From Octopus sinensis (taxonomy: Eukaryota), in contig NC_043011.1 of assembly GCF_006345805.1 (NCBI RefSeq), positions 35,662,464 through 35,726,463 on the forward strand: a DNA stretch of 64,000 nt, given 5' to 3'. Positions 13,260 to 25,553 of the stretch are shown piece by piece; position 1 is the stretch's first letter; each line of letters opens with the position of its first letter. The position numbers and the translations under genes were made by a program. The notes beneath the pieces are model-generated. The model saw nothing but the letters and a program-made list of their open reading frames with translations, had not been told where the DNA came from and ran no database searches.

Positions 13260-13662
13260 TTTCTTGATTGCGCACAAGGGGCTAAACATAGAGGGGACAA
13301 ACAAGGACAGACAAAGGGATTAAATCGATGACATTGACCCCAGTGTGCAATTGCTACTTTATTTATCGACCCTGAAACGATGAAAGGCAAAGTTGACCTC
13401 GACGGAATTTGAACACAGAATGTAAAGAGAGACGAAATACCTATTTCTTTACTACCCACAAGGGGCTAAATACAGAGAGGACAAACAAGGACAGACAAAT
13501 GGATATCGACCCCAGTGCATAACTGGTACTTATTTAATCGACCCCAAAAGGATGAAAGGCAAAGTCGACCTCAGCAGAATTTGAACTCAGAACATAACGG
13601 CAGATGAAATATGGCTATGCCCGGCGCGCTAACGTTTCTGCCAACTCTCCGCCCTTTAAGGT
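13260..13662 (-). mobile_element. tRNA-derived SINE family B, head plus two body units, with a 14-bp target-site duplication
   Basis: TSD TGGTTTAAGGATTA at 13246-13259 and 13663-13676. The central gcctttcatcctttcggggtcgataaa..agtaccag block resembles a widely conserved SINE central domain. Confidence 0.8.
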
Positions 13663-14398
13663 TGGTTTAAGGATTACCTTTGACTGATTATAGATCAGTC
13701 AAAATTGAGACTTACCCAGAGCTAAATGGCAACAATGAGTACAACAACAGCAACATATGATCATCCATTATCACGATAAGGACATTCTCTGCTTACATTA
13801 TATATCTCAAATTATTGTTGTGAAAATAGAAAACTTTCTTCTTTCTCCCAATAACAACCATGAAAACAACATCTACAAGAGTAACAAGAACAATATTTAA
13901 TAGCAGAACTAATAGACTCTAAAGGAAATAATCAACATTTGAAGAACATCAAAGCTGTATCTAACAACTGTATTTCATGTAATGACAATATTTTAATCCT
14001 TTGAAAATTTATTGGTTTGTTATGTTGTAATATTGTTTAAATTTTTATATTTTTATATATTTTAATTTTGTTTTGATTTTACTCATTTTCGATTTGTTAT
14101 TTCTCAACTTTTGTAACATCCAGCAGAGAATATATGCACTTTTCTTCAATTGATCTTAGATTTCTATTACTGATTTCTAATATTGATTTTTGTTGTTAAA
14201 TATTCAATTCAAACAGTATAGATATTGATAAAAAACCTAAACACCACCCTTAGAATTGAGAGAATGGTGGACTAAAGGGAATGCCTTACAGTATTTCCTT
14301 TTCTCTCTGAGTTCAAACTTTGTCAGGAGCAACTTTGTTGTTCTCCCAGGGATCAATGAAATAAATACTAATTAAGTACTAATGTTGATTTAATCGAC

Positions 14399-15105
14399 TA
14401 CAAGCACCATCTGAAAGTGGTCGATGTCAGTGGTCCCTGACTGGCTCCTGTGCCAGTGGCACGTAAAAAGCACCATCTGAAAGTGGTTGATGCCAGTGGC
14501 CCCTGACTGGCTCCTGTGCCGGTGGCACGTAAAAAGCACCATCTGAAAGTGGTTGATGCCAGTGGACCCTGACTGGCTCCTGTGCTGGTTGTACGTAAAA
14601 AGCACCATCTGAACATGTTCTATGCCAGTGGCCCCTGACTGGCTCCCTGTGCTGGTGGCAAGTAAAAAGCACCATCTGAACATGTTCAATGCCAGTGGCC
14701 CCTGACTGGCTCCCTGTGCTGGTGGCAAGTAAAAAGCACCATCTGAACATGGTTGATGCCAGTGGCCCATGACTGGCTCTGTGCCATGGCACATAAAAAG
14801 CACCATCAGAATGTGATCGATGCCAGTGGCCCCTGACTGGCTCCTGTGCTGTGGCACATAAAAAACACCATCTGAACACGGTTGATGCCAGTGGCCCCTG
14901 GCTGACTCCTATGCCGGTGGCACGTAAAAAGCACCCACTACACTCTTGGAGTGGTCGGTGTTAGGAAAGGCATCCAGCTGTAGAAACCTTGCCCGATCAG
15001 ACTGGAGCCTGGTGCAGTCTCCTGGCTTGCCAGTCCTCAGTCAAACCGTCAAACTCATACCAGCATGGAAAGTGGACATTAAACCATGATGGTGATAATG
15101 ATGAT
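14399..15105 (+). mobile_element. Repeat family D copy carrying eight tandem ~66-bp units (14399-14930) and an (ATG)n tail (other copies at 7410-7760, 16660-16895, 31470-31610)
   Basis: gcaccatc recurs every 64-67 bp, followed by ggtgttaggaaagggcatccagctgtagaaac and catgccagcatggaaag..gatgatga blocks. Confidence 0.8.
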
Positions 15106-15432
15106 GTGCCTATGTGAAAGATTAATATATATTTTGTGGGACACACAAAATCAACATTTGTGAATAAGAGCCAAAGGTGAGGCCTCAACACAGTTACTGC
15201 TGGCCCTGTTTGAAACATCAGTAAAACTTCCTTCATATCACTGTCTTCAAAATGAAAGAACACATTGGAGAGATAAGCTATATTTACAAAAAAAAAGAAA
15301 AAGATGATAAGGTGGCAAATGGGGAATGGTCTTTTATCAAGGGCTGTTCTATATTTTTGAACTGAGGAATTCTGTACATTATTTACATAATTAACATTGG
15401 ATGGATATGTGTCCTTATCGTGTTTGTTGTTA

Positions 15433-15477
15433 CCACAACATTTCGACTGATTTACTCCCCAGCCTTCAACAGGTGTC
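15433..15477 (-). ncRNA. Degenerate hammerhead-like motif in the tail of repeat family E
   Basis: Minus strand GACAC-CTGTTGA-A-GGCTG..CAGTC-GAAA-TGTT-GTG. The copy at 51525-51555 supplies CAGCC-GAAA-CGTT-GTGTT. Confidence 0.4.
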
Positions 15478-15534
15478 CTGGTAGAATTTTGAACTCAAAC
15501 CTGGCTTCTCATTCCTAAGGTATTTTTTTGATGA

Positions 15535-15581
<47 letters not shown>

Positions 15582-16208
15582 TCTATGTTTGACTTTTGCT
15601 TTACATTTGTTCAAGTTGGCTCCAAGTCTCACCCAGAGACCTCAAGAGACAACAAGTTGGAAGTTCATGCTGGTGTTATGCCTAGGGTGCCATATATTTG
15701 GTTGTCTAAAAGAACCATTCGAAAATTATGTTTGTTTTAAAACTTGAGATTACATAGAAAGTATTTTGCGTAGGATATGAGCAGTTTCCATGAGCACTAT
15801 CTTTATTATTATTACTATATTCATCATCATTATTATTATTATATTTTAAAAAGGATTGATGTAACTCTTCACAAAGATAAACAGTCAAGACGAAGAGCAC
15901 AATTCCATTGTAATAGATATTTTTTAGGTTGAACGATATTTCAACAGTAAGCCTGTCTTTGTTGAGTTCAAAATAAGAAGTGATAAAAATTCAAAATTAT
16001 AGAAATTTAAATGTAAAGTATGAATGAGAGCAACCATCATCCACACGTTGATGGAATGACATTATCAGTCTTTAAGTTCCAAAGAAAGAGACAGAAAAAA
16101 GAAGACAGAAAAAAGAACTTGACAATGACAGTCTTAATGTCAAAATATCATTCAACTAATAAAATGTCTATTACAATTGAATCGTGCTCTCCGTCTTGAC
16201 TATTATTA

Positions 16209-16259
<51 letters not shown>

Positions 16260-17186
16260 TATTGTTGTTGTTGTTGTTGTTATTATTATTATTATTATTA
16301 TTATTGTTATTATTATTATTTGAATATTATTATTATTATTATTATTATTTATTCAATGCACTGCCTGGAAGTGAACTCACAGTCTTGGGGTTAGTAGCCC
16401 ACGCTCTTAATCATTATGCTATATGCCTCAGTAATAAAAGCATCCTTCACACTTGTTAAGGTGGCAATCATTAGATCATCATTAGCACATCAGGCAACAT
16501 GCTTATTAGCATTTTGTCTCTTCTTATGTCCCGAGTTCAAATTCTGTCAATTCAGCTTTGTCTTTTATCCTTTTGGGGGTTGATGAAATAAGTACCAGTT
16601 ACACTCTGGGGCTGATATAATCAACTAGCCCCTTCCCTTACAATTTCAGGCCTTAGCACCACTTGAACGTGGCTGATACCAGTACTGCCTGACTGGCCCT
16701 TGTGCTGGTGGCACATAAAAGCACCTTCTACACTCTCGGAGTGGTTGGCATTAGGAAGTGCATCTAGCTGCAGAAACTCTGCCAGATAAGATTGGAGACT
16801 GGTGCAGCCTTCTGGCTCGCCAGCCCTCAGTCAAACCATCAAAGCCATGCCAGCATGGAAAGCGGACATTAAACGATGTTGATGATGATGATGATATGTC
16901 TGTAGTAGAAATGATTATTCACAATCCTTAAGGAAGAGGCTGACAGAGTCATTAGCACACCAGGCAAAATGCCAAGGGGTGTTTTGTGCATCCTTATGTT
17001 CTGAGTTCAAATTACATCAAGGTCGACTTTGACTTTCATTCTTTCAGGGTCGTTAAAATAAGTACCAGTTACACACCAGGTGTCAATGTAATTGACTAGC
17101 CCCTTACCCTAAAATTTCAGGCCTTGTTCCTATAGCAGAAAGGATTATTCACACTCCTTCCATTCATCCATCTCCTTCACTAGCTG

Positions 17187-17217
<31 letters not shown>

Positions 17218-17569
17218 TACACACAATCATACATTCATGATTCAATGTCTTGCTAAAATAATATAATACTCGTTATGAATATATAAAAAAGGGCTGACAT
17301 AAATATGTATATACACATGTTTATTAAACCTTAACATACTTTTCATTAAAACCCATTGCAACTTAGCATTTGTCTCATAGCTTTTGGCAAATGAGAAATC
17401 AGGCTCCTCCTGGTTATGCTGCTAGTCTACAATAGGTATAATCTTGCTTGATGCTTCTTTTTTTTGAGAACCGATCCCTATTACAACAGTGAAGTTAGCT
17501 GAGCCCCTCTTCCATAACGCAGCAGTTATGTTAACTGATTGAGTGTGGACTCAAAAATGTCTTCTTTTA

Positions 17570-17981
17570 TTCTTTTATTCTTTTATTCTTTTATTTGTTT
17601 CAGTCATTTGACTGCAGTCATGCTGGAGCACCACCTATAGTCAAACAAACTGATCCCAGGACTTATTCTTTGTAAGCCTAGTACTTATTCTATCGGTCTC
17701 TTTTTGCTGAACCACTAAGTGATAGGGACATGAACACACCATCATCAGTTGTCAAGTCATGGTGGTTGGTGGACAAACACAGACACAAATAACAAATACA
17801 TACATGCATATATATATATACAGATATATATACAACAGGCTTCTTTCAGTTTCTGTCTACCAAATCCACTCACAAGGCTTTGGTTGGCCAGAAGCTATAG
17901 CAGAAGACACTTGCCTAAGTGGGGCTGAACCCAGAACCATGTGGCTGGAAAGCAAGCTCCTTACCACACAGCCACTCCAGT
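17570..17981 (-). mobile_element. SINE family A copy, strongly CpG-decayed
   Basis: Same layout as other copies, with most CpGs converted to TG/CA. Confidence 0.8.
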
Positions 17982-18160
17982 GACTATTATTTTCAAATAT
18001 ATAAATGGAATTTTATTTAACCGCTTAGCATTGAAACCAGCTAAAATATTTTGTCTGTTTTTATGCTCCAGCTGGCCAAATCCAACCTCTTACATTTAGA
18101 CAACAATGTAATTTGAATAATAAACATTCAAGCCAATGAAATCTTGAGCTATGACATAAT

Positions 18161-18215
18161 GCATGGTTAATTGGCTTTCACCCAGGCAGCCCGGGTTCAA
18201 TTCCTGGCATGGGAA
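18161..18215 (+). pseudogene. 5'-truncated tRNA-Glu(TTC) fragment
   Basis: TGGCTTTCACCCAGGCAGCCCGGGTTCAATTCCTGGCATGGGAA matches the anticodon arm, T arm and 3' acceptor strand of eukaryotic tRNA-Glu(UUC), with CpG-type changes. No acceptor 5' strand. Confidence 0.55.
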
Positions 18216-19090
18216 CACCTTCTTGTCCAACCCATGCCAGCATGGAAAACGTACGTTAAATGATGATGATGATAATGTGAAGAATTACATTTGATAGAAT
18301 AATCAGAATGCTAAGGGGTTAAGTAACTTGAACTCAAACCTTGTAAACTAGTTAAATAGGGGGATGAAATCCCCAAACAAAATATGATACAATATCTATT
18401 TGATGATTTCAAAAAGATGTTGATGGCGACGACGAAGATGGTGATGATGAGCAAGGAGGTTGAGAGCATAATGATGCGTGAAAACCAATCACTTGACAAT
18501 TGGTGCTTTCATATTTACATAACAACCGAGAAAAAACAACAAAAACAATAAAACTAAAATAAAAAAAAAAAATTAAATATGTCACAGATAAAATATGGAG
18601 ATCATTACTAGTTTTTTTTTTATTTCTTTGGTTTTGTCTTTAGAATAACTTTTAGAGCAAAGCACACTGTTTAAAACTTAAACTGTTTTTCTTAGAGAAA
18701 AAAAAACATAGGAAAAAATATCCTGAAAAAAATAATAAATGCAAAACTAAAACAAACCATTACTATCTTTGACTGAAATAAGCTCAGACAAACCAGTAAA
18801 CAAATCACATACAATTGTTACTTCTAAAGAATTGTAGCATTTATTACCTCTTTTCAATTTTTTTTTTTCATGTTTTAGTTTATATTCTATTATATATTGG
18901 CTATGATGATGATGATGATGATGATGATAATAAGGATAATGATGATGATGATGATTTGATGCACGAAGAATAAAATACAATTTATAGCAAAAATTCAGTT
19001 CAGTAAAATCTTTTGTTCAGTGATTGTAGTTGTGGGTCAATATATATGTATATAGACACACAGACTTATGTATGTATGTATGCATGTATG

Positions 19091-19122
<32 letters not shown>

Positions 19123-19203
19123 AGTATGTATGTATGTGTGTTTTTTTTGTGTGTTCCATAGAAGGGCATGAGTACATATGTATATGTGTCCACATCTATA
19201 TAA

Positions 19204-19242
<39 letters not shown>

Positions 19243-20384
19243 TATATACATGTGTGTGTGTTGTTGCACACTCACATGCATACAAACTTACACATACACG
19301 TGTGTGTATGTGTATCGGTGTGCATGCGTGCACAGTAAAAAAAGGAAAAAAATAGAATTTATTGTCGAAATTTGCTACTGGCTGATAAAATAAGAAATGT
19401 AAATATACAGTTAACTTGTGTGACTAAGATATTTAAAATGAAATATATTGTACTGCAACACACACATCTACAACATATATGTATGTGTGTATGTGTATAT
19501 ATATATATTTATATTTATATATATGTATATAAATATATATATATACGTACCTATATTATGTACATATAAATATATGTAATATGTATGTGTGTGTCTGTAT
19601 ATATATATATATATATATAATATAATATAATATAAAAAATATATATATATATATTTCTATATATATGGATAGATATATTATAAATATAAATATATTATAT
19701 GTATGGATGGATGGTTGGATAGATGTACATATGAAATATAGCATTTTTTTTAAAGATAACCATGTAACTTGAATTTTTACACTAAAAAGTAAATATGCTT
19801 AAGAATTATGAGTTTGAAATGTCTGTAGTTTAAGGCATTATACTTAAGCTTAATTTATCGAGATATCTACGATAAGTAGAAGAATTGTCTGGGGAGAAAA
19901 ATTCAATGTATAAATTAGGTCTTATCCATTATGTGCAGCAGTAAAGCAAAAAAAAAAAAAAAAGAATTGTGATGCCGAAATGCTAGTTTATTGACACGAT
20001 GAGAATAATAAAGAAGAAAAAGAAATTCCTTCTTCCTTTGTTTAGTTTTATACCCACTTTATCATGTTTAGTGAGCAGACAAGATTACGGTGTCTGAAAT
20101 ATTTATAGTTACTGCTTTTGAAGAACAAACACAAAGATCATCAGTTAATGTTCTTTAAAGCTATTGAATACGTTAACACGGAGAGGTTACTGTGGTAACA
20201 AAATGAAATTGTGTCCCTCTATGGCAATCAGATTTATCATAACAACGGAGATGTTGTCATTGCTATTTAGTTTCAAACCAGTCCTGATTAAATAGATGAA
20301 AGATATGGCCAAAGGTGAGGATTCACAACTACGTATCTAGATATATTTTCTTCAGGCGTTCTGTAATTTGGACTATTTTATTTA

Positions 20385-21285
20385 TCATCATCGTCATCAT
20401 CCAGTGGTTTAAATCCAGATTTTGTCCCCGTTAATGGGGATGGCCGGATCTACCTCAGTATCATAGTAACCACCCTCACACCGTCTCACCATCTTGCCTT
20501 GTTCAGGGTATCCTCCTTTCTCAAGCCAGCCCTCCCAATCTCCTCCTCCACCTGTCCCCTCCACATTTTCCTTGGTCAAACTTGCTTCCATGGTCTATTT
20601 GCTGCAAACTCAAACACCCTCCTCAGAACATGTTCCTCATCCCTCCTCAACACATGCCCATACCACTGCACTCCATTCACCCTTGCCAGCCATTCCACCG
20701 ATTCCTCCAACCCCAGCATCTCCATCAAGTCGTCAGTCCTTCTCTTATCAAACAGCTTCACACTACACAATTTCTCTCGGCATTGCTCTCTCAGCCCTTC
20801 TCAAAATTTCCATCTTTCTCTCTCCCCCTCAGACACCATGCCTCACTCCCATACAGCATTGCAACTCTCACACAACTCCTATAGACCCTTCCTTTCATCT
20901 TTAATGAGAATCTTTTCCCATATATCAACGCGCCACGTTCCCTTAACTTCACCCAGCCAAGTCTCACGCTTGCTGTTATAGATGCTTCACATTCACTACT
21001 TACATCCACCCTATCTCCTAAATAACAAAACCCTCTTACCATTCCCACCTCATCACATAGCATTTCCACTGGTTCCACCAGCCCTCCAGCTCTTTGCTCA
21101 CATCTTCCACAACCAAACCCTCTCACCAGTCTTGGGGTCACCCTTATTTTTGTACATTTACCATGAATCCAGTCCTCACATCTCGTACACAATACCGCAT
21201 TTGCCTTTACCCTCCTCTTACATTCACAAAATGGATCCACCTTACTTACTAACACTTCTCCTTTCACCCTGCTCACCATCGGTGC
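20385..21285 (-). mobile_element. 5'-truncated, frameshifted RTE-clade LINE (C-terminal RT region with PHD-like Cys cluster, ATG-repeat tail)
   Basis: FCYLGD, KGRVYRSCVRVAMLYGSEAW, WYGHVLRRDEEHVLRR across ORFs 20791-21279 and 20576-20770. Confidence 0.85.
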
Positions 21286-21294
21286 TTTATGATG

Positions 21295-21334
<40 letters not shown>

Positions 21335-21335
<1 letters not shown>

Positions 21336-22045
21336 TACCTAATCTCTGGATGTAAAGTCTTATCTCCAGTGGAGTATAAATTAAGACATGACAGAGTTGG
21401 CCAATATCTACACTGGCTAATAAGTCGGCATTACAATATCAAAACTGCCGACAAGTGGTATAATCACCACCCTGAGGCTGTAACTGAAGGAGAAAATGTA
21501 ACCATTCTGTGGGACTTCCCAATACATACAGACCGAACCATCAAGGCCAATAAACCAGATATTGTTGTGAAAGACCAAAACAATAAAGTTTGCTTATTGA
21601 TCGACATGAGCATCCCCTGTGATCATAATATCTCAGCGAAAGAGTTTGACAAGCTCAGAAAATATAAAGACCTACTCATTGAAATTGAGAAAATGTGGCA
21701 TCTCAAGGCGGTTACAATACCAGTGATCGTAGGAGCACTAGGAATGATCAAGAAGGGAACTGAAAATTATATGAGAATGATCCCTGGCTTACCATCCCTG
21801 CAAGAAGTGCAAAAGATTGTCTTAACTGGTACATCACACGTATTGAGAAGAGCATTGTCGATGTGAGAACTGTTGCTGCTCATGTATTTTAATTTAACTT
21901 AAAAAAAAAAAAAAAAAAATGAACGAACTATTGAGTTTGGTTTAATGGCCTACCAATGTATACTATGAGTTTCTTTGCCCTAGGAGTCGGGAAGACACTC
22001 GGCAAGAAATGGAAGCAAATTTGAAAGAAGAAAAAAAAAGTAATA
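21335..22045 (+). mobile_element. 5'-truncated R4/Dong-type non-LTR retrotransposon: intact C-terminal restriction-like endonuclease (to 21866) plus 3' UTR, inserted in (TAA)n
   Basis: LISGC..EYKLRHDRV, ILWDFPIHTDRTIKANKPDIVV, KEFDKLRKY, PVIVGALG match RLE (PD..D) domain motifs with no stop or frameshift. (AAT)n flanks both sides. Confidence 0.85.
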
Positions 22046-22124
22046 ATAATAATAATAATAATAATAGAAAATAACATCCATCCATGAATTTATTTATTTA
22101 TTAATTTTTAAATACATATTTTAT

Positions 22125-22262
22125 CTGTGAATTTGTGCGTGTAATCTGGGAATGCACACAATGCCCTTCTCTACCCTAGGTGTATGGAAAACACTCGGTG
22201 AGAAACGGAAAAAAATTGAAGAAGGAAAGAAAAAAAAATAATAATAATAATAATAATAATAA
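22125..22262 (+). mobile_element. Second, related R4/Dong-like 3' end in the same TAA tract
   Basis: ccctagg..acactcgg..agaaa.gga..aattgaa.gaag..A-run-(AAT)n parallels 21970-22065. Confidence 0.4.
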
Positions 22263-22299
22263 TAATCATCATCATCATCATCATTACTATTAATGTAAA

Positions 22300-22745
22300 G
22301 GTAGCGAGCTGGCAGAATCATTAACGTGCTGAGTGAAATGCTTAACAGTATTTCATCCGTCTTTATGTTTTGGGTTCAAATTTTGTTGAGGTCGACTTTG
22401 CCTTTCATCCTTTTGGTGGTCAATAAACTAAGTACCAGTGAAACACTGGGGTCGATGTAATCAACTACCCCTCTCTCCCCAAAATTTCAGGCCTTGTGTC
22501 TATAATAGAAACGATTATTATTATTATTATTATTGATGTAAAGCTGGTGAGCTGGCAGAATCGTTAGCATGTTGGGCAAAATGCTTAGTGACATTTCATT
22601 CATGTTTACATTCTGAGTTCAAATTCCACTGAAGTCAACTTTGCCTGTCATCCTTTCAGGGTCGATAAATTAAGCACCAATGAAACACTGAGGTCGTTAC
22701 ATCGACTAGCACCCTACCCTAAAATTTCAGGCCTTGTGCCTTTAA
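22300..22745 (+). mobile_element. Two adjacent SINE family B copies (others at 16470-16650, 16935-17140, 23897-24110, 63700-63832)
   Basis: Repeated gagctggcagaatc..ttctgagttcaaattc..gcctttcatcctt.. block. Confidence 0.75.
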
Positions 22746-24130
22746 TAGAAAAGATTATTATTGATGTTGTGTGTAGGACAAATCTGATTATTGGCCAAGT
22801 CCACCATGGTAATTACGACACCACAAACCTTTAACAAGGTAGTTTTCTTCTATCTTGTGGCCAGGGTGAAAGAGGTTGTATAGTTGACAAGGCTGAAAGG
22901 GTTGAGAAGCAACACCTTGTTATTCAGTGAGGCCCCTATCAACTTTTTTTAAAGTTCCACTTGGAAAGAAAAGTGAGGGTGGAGAAGGAAGTGCTTTCTC
23001 CCAATCAATTCATAAAAAGATAGATAGTGATGATAAAAATGATTAGAGTGAATAGCACTACTCTAAGCATGCATCGGGAGCAACAGTTGGGCAAGGGCTT
23101 ATGCCTTTAGGAACCAGAGTTATCCTAGATCTGAGGGGTTTCTTGATTGGCCCTACATAGAGGTTCTTGGAAGGACTGCCTCATTCATGTGTTCACATAC
23201 CTTGTATACAATGGGTACTTTTATCTCATTTCTCTACCTTTCCACTTTCTTTTCCCTGATAGCTAATCTAATTCCTAACACAGATTATTGACTGTCCTTG
23301 TGATGTCTACTCAGCTATACACTTGTAGCAAACAAAATAAATTATTATTATTATTACTATTGAGTGAGAGAGCAGTGCATGCCATCAAAGTGACACTGAG
23401 GTACAAATATACAAAGCCCAATATTCCCATCATGACTATCCACCAATCTGATAAGGGTACACCAGGCACATGTATCACAACCATATGTGCAAGACATAGT
23501 GATCTCATATCAAGATAAACAGTGCATGACCTTGCAGATGGTTCCCAGTTAGAATTTTCTTCAGGTCGAGTAGCCTATCCTTCTCTAAAGGTCCCTGAAT
23601 AACGGTTGTTAAAGGATGTTGAACGAAACACCCATGTTTCCAAAGGTGAATTATCCAAACCCCAAAGAATTCCTTTCAACATGTGGCTATGATGCTCCCC
23701 CACTACTTCTGCTCATGATCAGAGATGCACATATTGCCAACCACAAAGGAACATGCTCAATGGTTAAGGTCAAGCAACTGACAAACAAATCTGTGTTATC
23801 GAGCTCACCTTTTACTCTTATTATTATTATTATATTATTATTATTATTATTATCAATATTATTATTATTATTATTGTCATTATTATTATTATCATTAAGA
23901 CGGCGAGCTGGCAGAATCATTAGCATGCTGGACAAAATGCTTAGTGCAATTTCATCCATCACTACGTTCTGAGTTCAAATTCCACCGAGGTCAACTTTAC
24001 CTTTTATCCTTTTGGGGTTTGATAAATTAAGTACCAATGAAACACGGGGGTCGATATCTTTGACTATCCCCCTCCCCCAAATTTCAGGCCTTGTGCCTTT
24101 AGTAGAAAGGATTATCATTATTATTATTAT

Positions 24131-24495
24131 TTTTACCTCCGCCTTCCCTAAGGCAGAGGTATTGTTTGCAGTCATGTTCGTTTGTCTGTGGACAGGATAG
24201 CTCAAGAATCACTGAATGGATTCGGATGAAACTTTCGGTGACGTTTGGCCACGTGACTGGCATGAATTGATTAGATTTTGGAATCGATCCGATAACGGAC
24301 AAGGTTTCTGAATTATTTTTCCTGTTTTTTTACTTAAATTTTGAGAGCGGTCATGTTGATTTTTAGTATTCTTGTTTTTGAGAGCAGTCGAGTTTAGTTT
24401 AGATATTCTCATTTTAAAAATCCTCTCAGGCTAATCGTTGAGAAGACGTTGGTGTTGCATTAGTGGAAGTTTGCACTCTCTGAGTGCTCTTGTTA
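24131..24495 (+). mobile_element. Helentron/HINE-like non-autonomous element
   Basis: Starts ttacctccgcc..aggcagaggtattgttt and ends ggaagtttgcactctctgagtgct, the typical subterminal layout recalled for this class. Confidence 0.6.
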
Positions 24496-24510
24496 TTATT
24501 ATTATTATTA

Positions 24511-24539
<29 letters not shown>

Positions 24540-24542
<3 letters not shown>

Positions 24543-24793
24543 GCAGTGTGGAAGGTGTTTATAAGCCATTTAAAAATATAAAAAAACGTTAGATTCACTT
24601 CAACATTTAAATTTTGAGACCATGACCTGTTCACTGACAAAATTCTGTGATGCAGAACGGAATTTTGTCAGTGAGCAGGTCGTGGTCTCAAAGCAATGAA
24701 AATATTTTGACAAATTAAATTAAAATTTTGAAGTAAATCTAGTGGTTTTTGTGTATTTTTTAAATGGCTTATAAACACCTTCCACACTGCAAT
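24540..24793. repeat. ~255-bp foldback with terminal and internal stems
   Basis: attgcagtgtggaaggtgtttataagccatttaaaaa and its reverse complement, plus an inner stem tgagaccatgacctgttcactgacaaaattc. Confidence 0.8.
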
Positions 24794-24917
24794 TGTTTTT
24801 GTTTCAGAACATGATCTCAGATCAGGTCACTTGCTATGCAAGTACATCTCTTTAATTATTAATATTTTGTTTAAAATAGTAAGAATATAGATTATAAGTG
24901 TTGTTACAATTACTTAC

Positions 24918-25011
24918 ACAACCCATTCCTATTCTGTCATGATTTTTATTGTTTGACAATTTCTTTTTTTGTCAGTGGGTTGTGGCCCTGCTGGTGCTTC
25001 GTCATAAATTT
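24918..25011 (-). CDS. Candidate 94-nt exon (phase 1), (E)IYDEAPAGPQPTDKKRNCQTIKIMTE* with stop at 24931-24929
   Basis: Acceptor tttattaatttatag and donor TGT|gtaagt. Protein-like frame with the stop 11 nt before the donor. Confidence 0.4.
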
Positions 25012-25146
25012 CTATAAATTAATAAATGATAAAAATTTTTACAAATTTACATTCAAGAAATATATCTTTGCCATTTGATTACTAATTAGTTCTATTTTAA
25101 GGCTTGATTTTGAGCTTGTAATAGAAATAAGTTCTTCTATCTTGAT

Positions 25147-25553
25147 ATTCTTTTATTCTTTTACTCTTTTACTTGTTTCAGTCATTTGACTGCGGCCATG
25201 CTAGAGCACCACCTTTAGTCGAGCAAATCGACCCCGGGACTTATTCTTTGTAACCCCAGTACTTATTCTATCGGTCTCTTTTGCCGAACCGCTAAGTGAC
25301 GGGGACATAAACACACCAGCAATGCTAGGGGGACAAACACAGACACACAAACATATACACACACACTTATATATATATATACATATATACGACAGGCTTC
25401 TTTCAGTTTCTGTCTACCAAATCCACTCACAAGGCATTGGTCAGCCCGGGGCTATAGCAGAAGACACTTGCCCAAGATGTCACGCAGTGGGACTGAACCC
25501 GGAACCATGTGGTTGGTTAGCAAGCTACTTGCTACACAGCCACTCCTGCGCCT
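25147..25553 (-). mobile_element. SINE family A copy
   Basis: Full-length similarity to other copies. Confidence 0.85.

Noticed and set aside
14399-14930. CRISPR-like array
   Set aside because: Whole units are repeated with no unique spacers, there are no cas genes, and the context is eukaryotic.
20982-21866. 294-aa ORF as a single protein
   Set aside because: Chimeric: the antisense of the RTE fragment, a poly-Asn from (AAT)n and the true RLE C-terminus happen to be in one frame.
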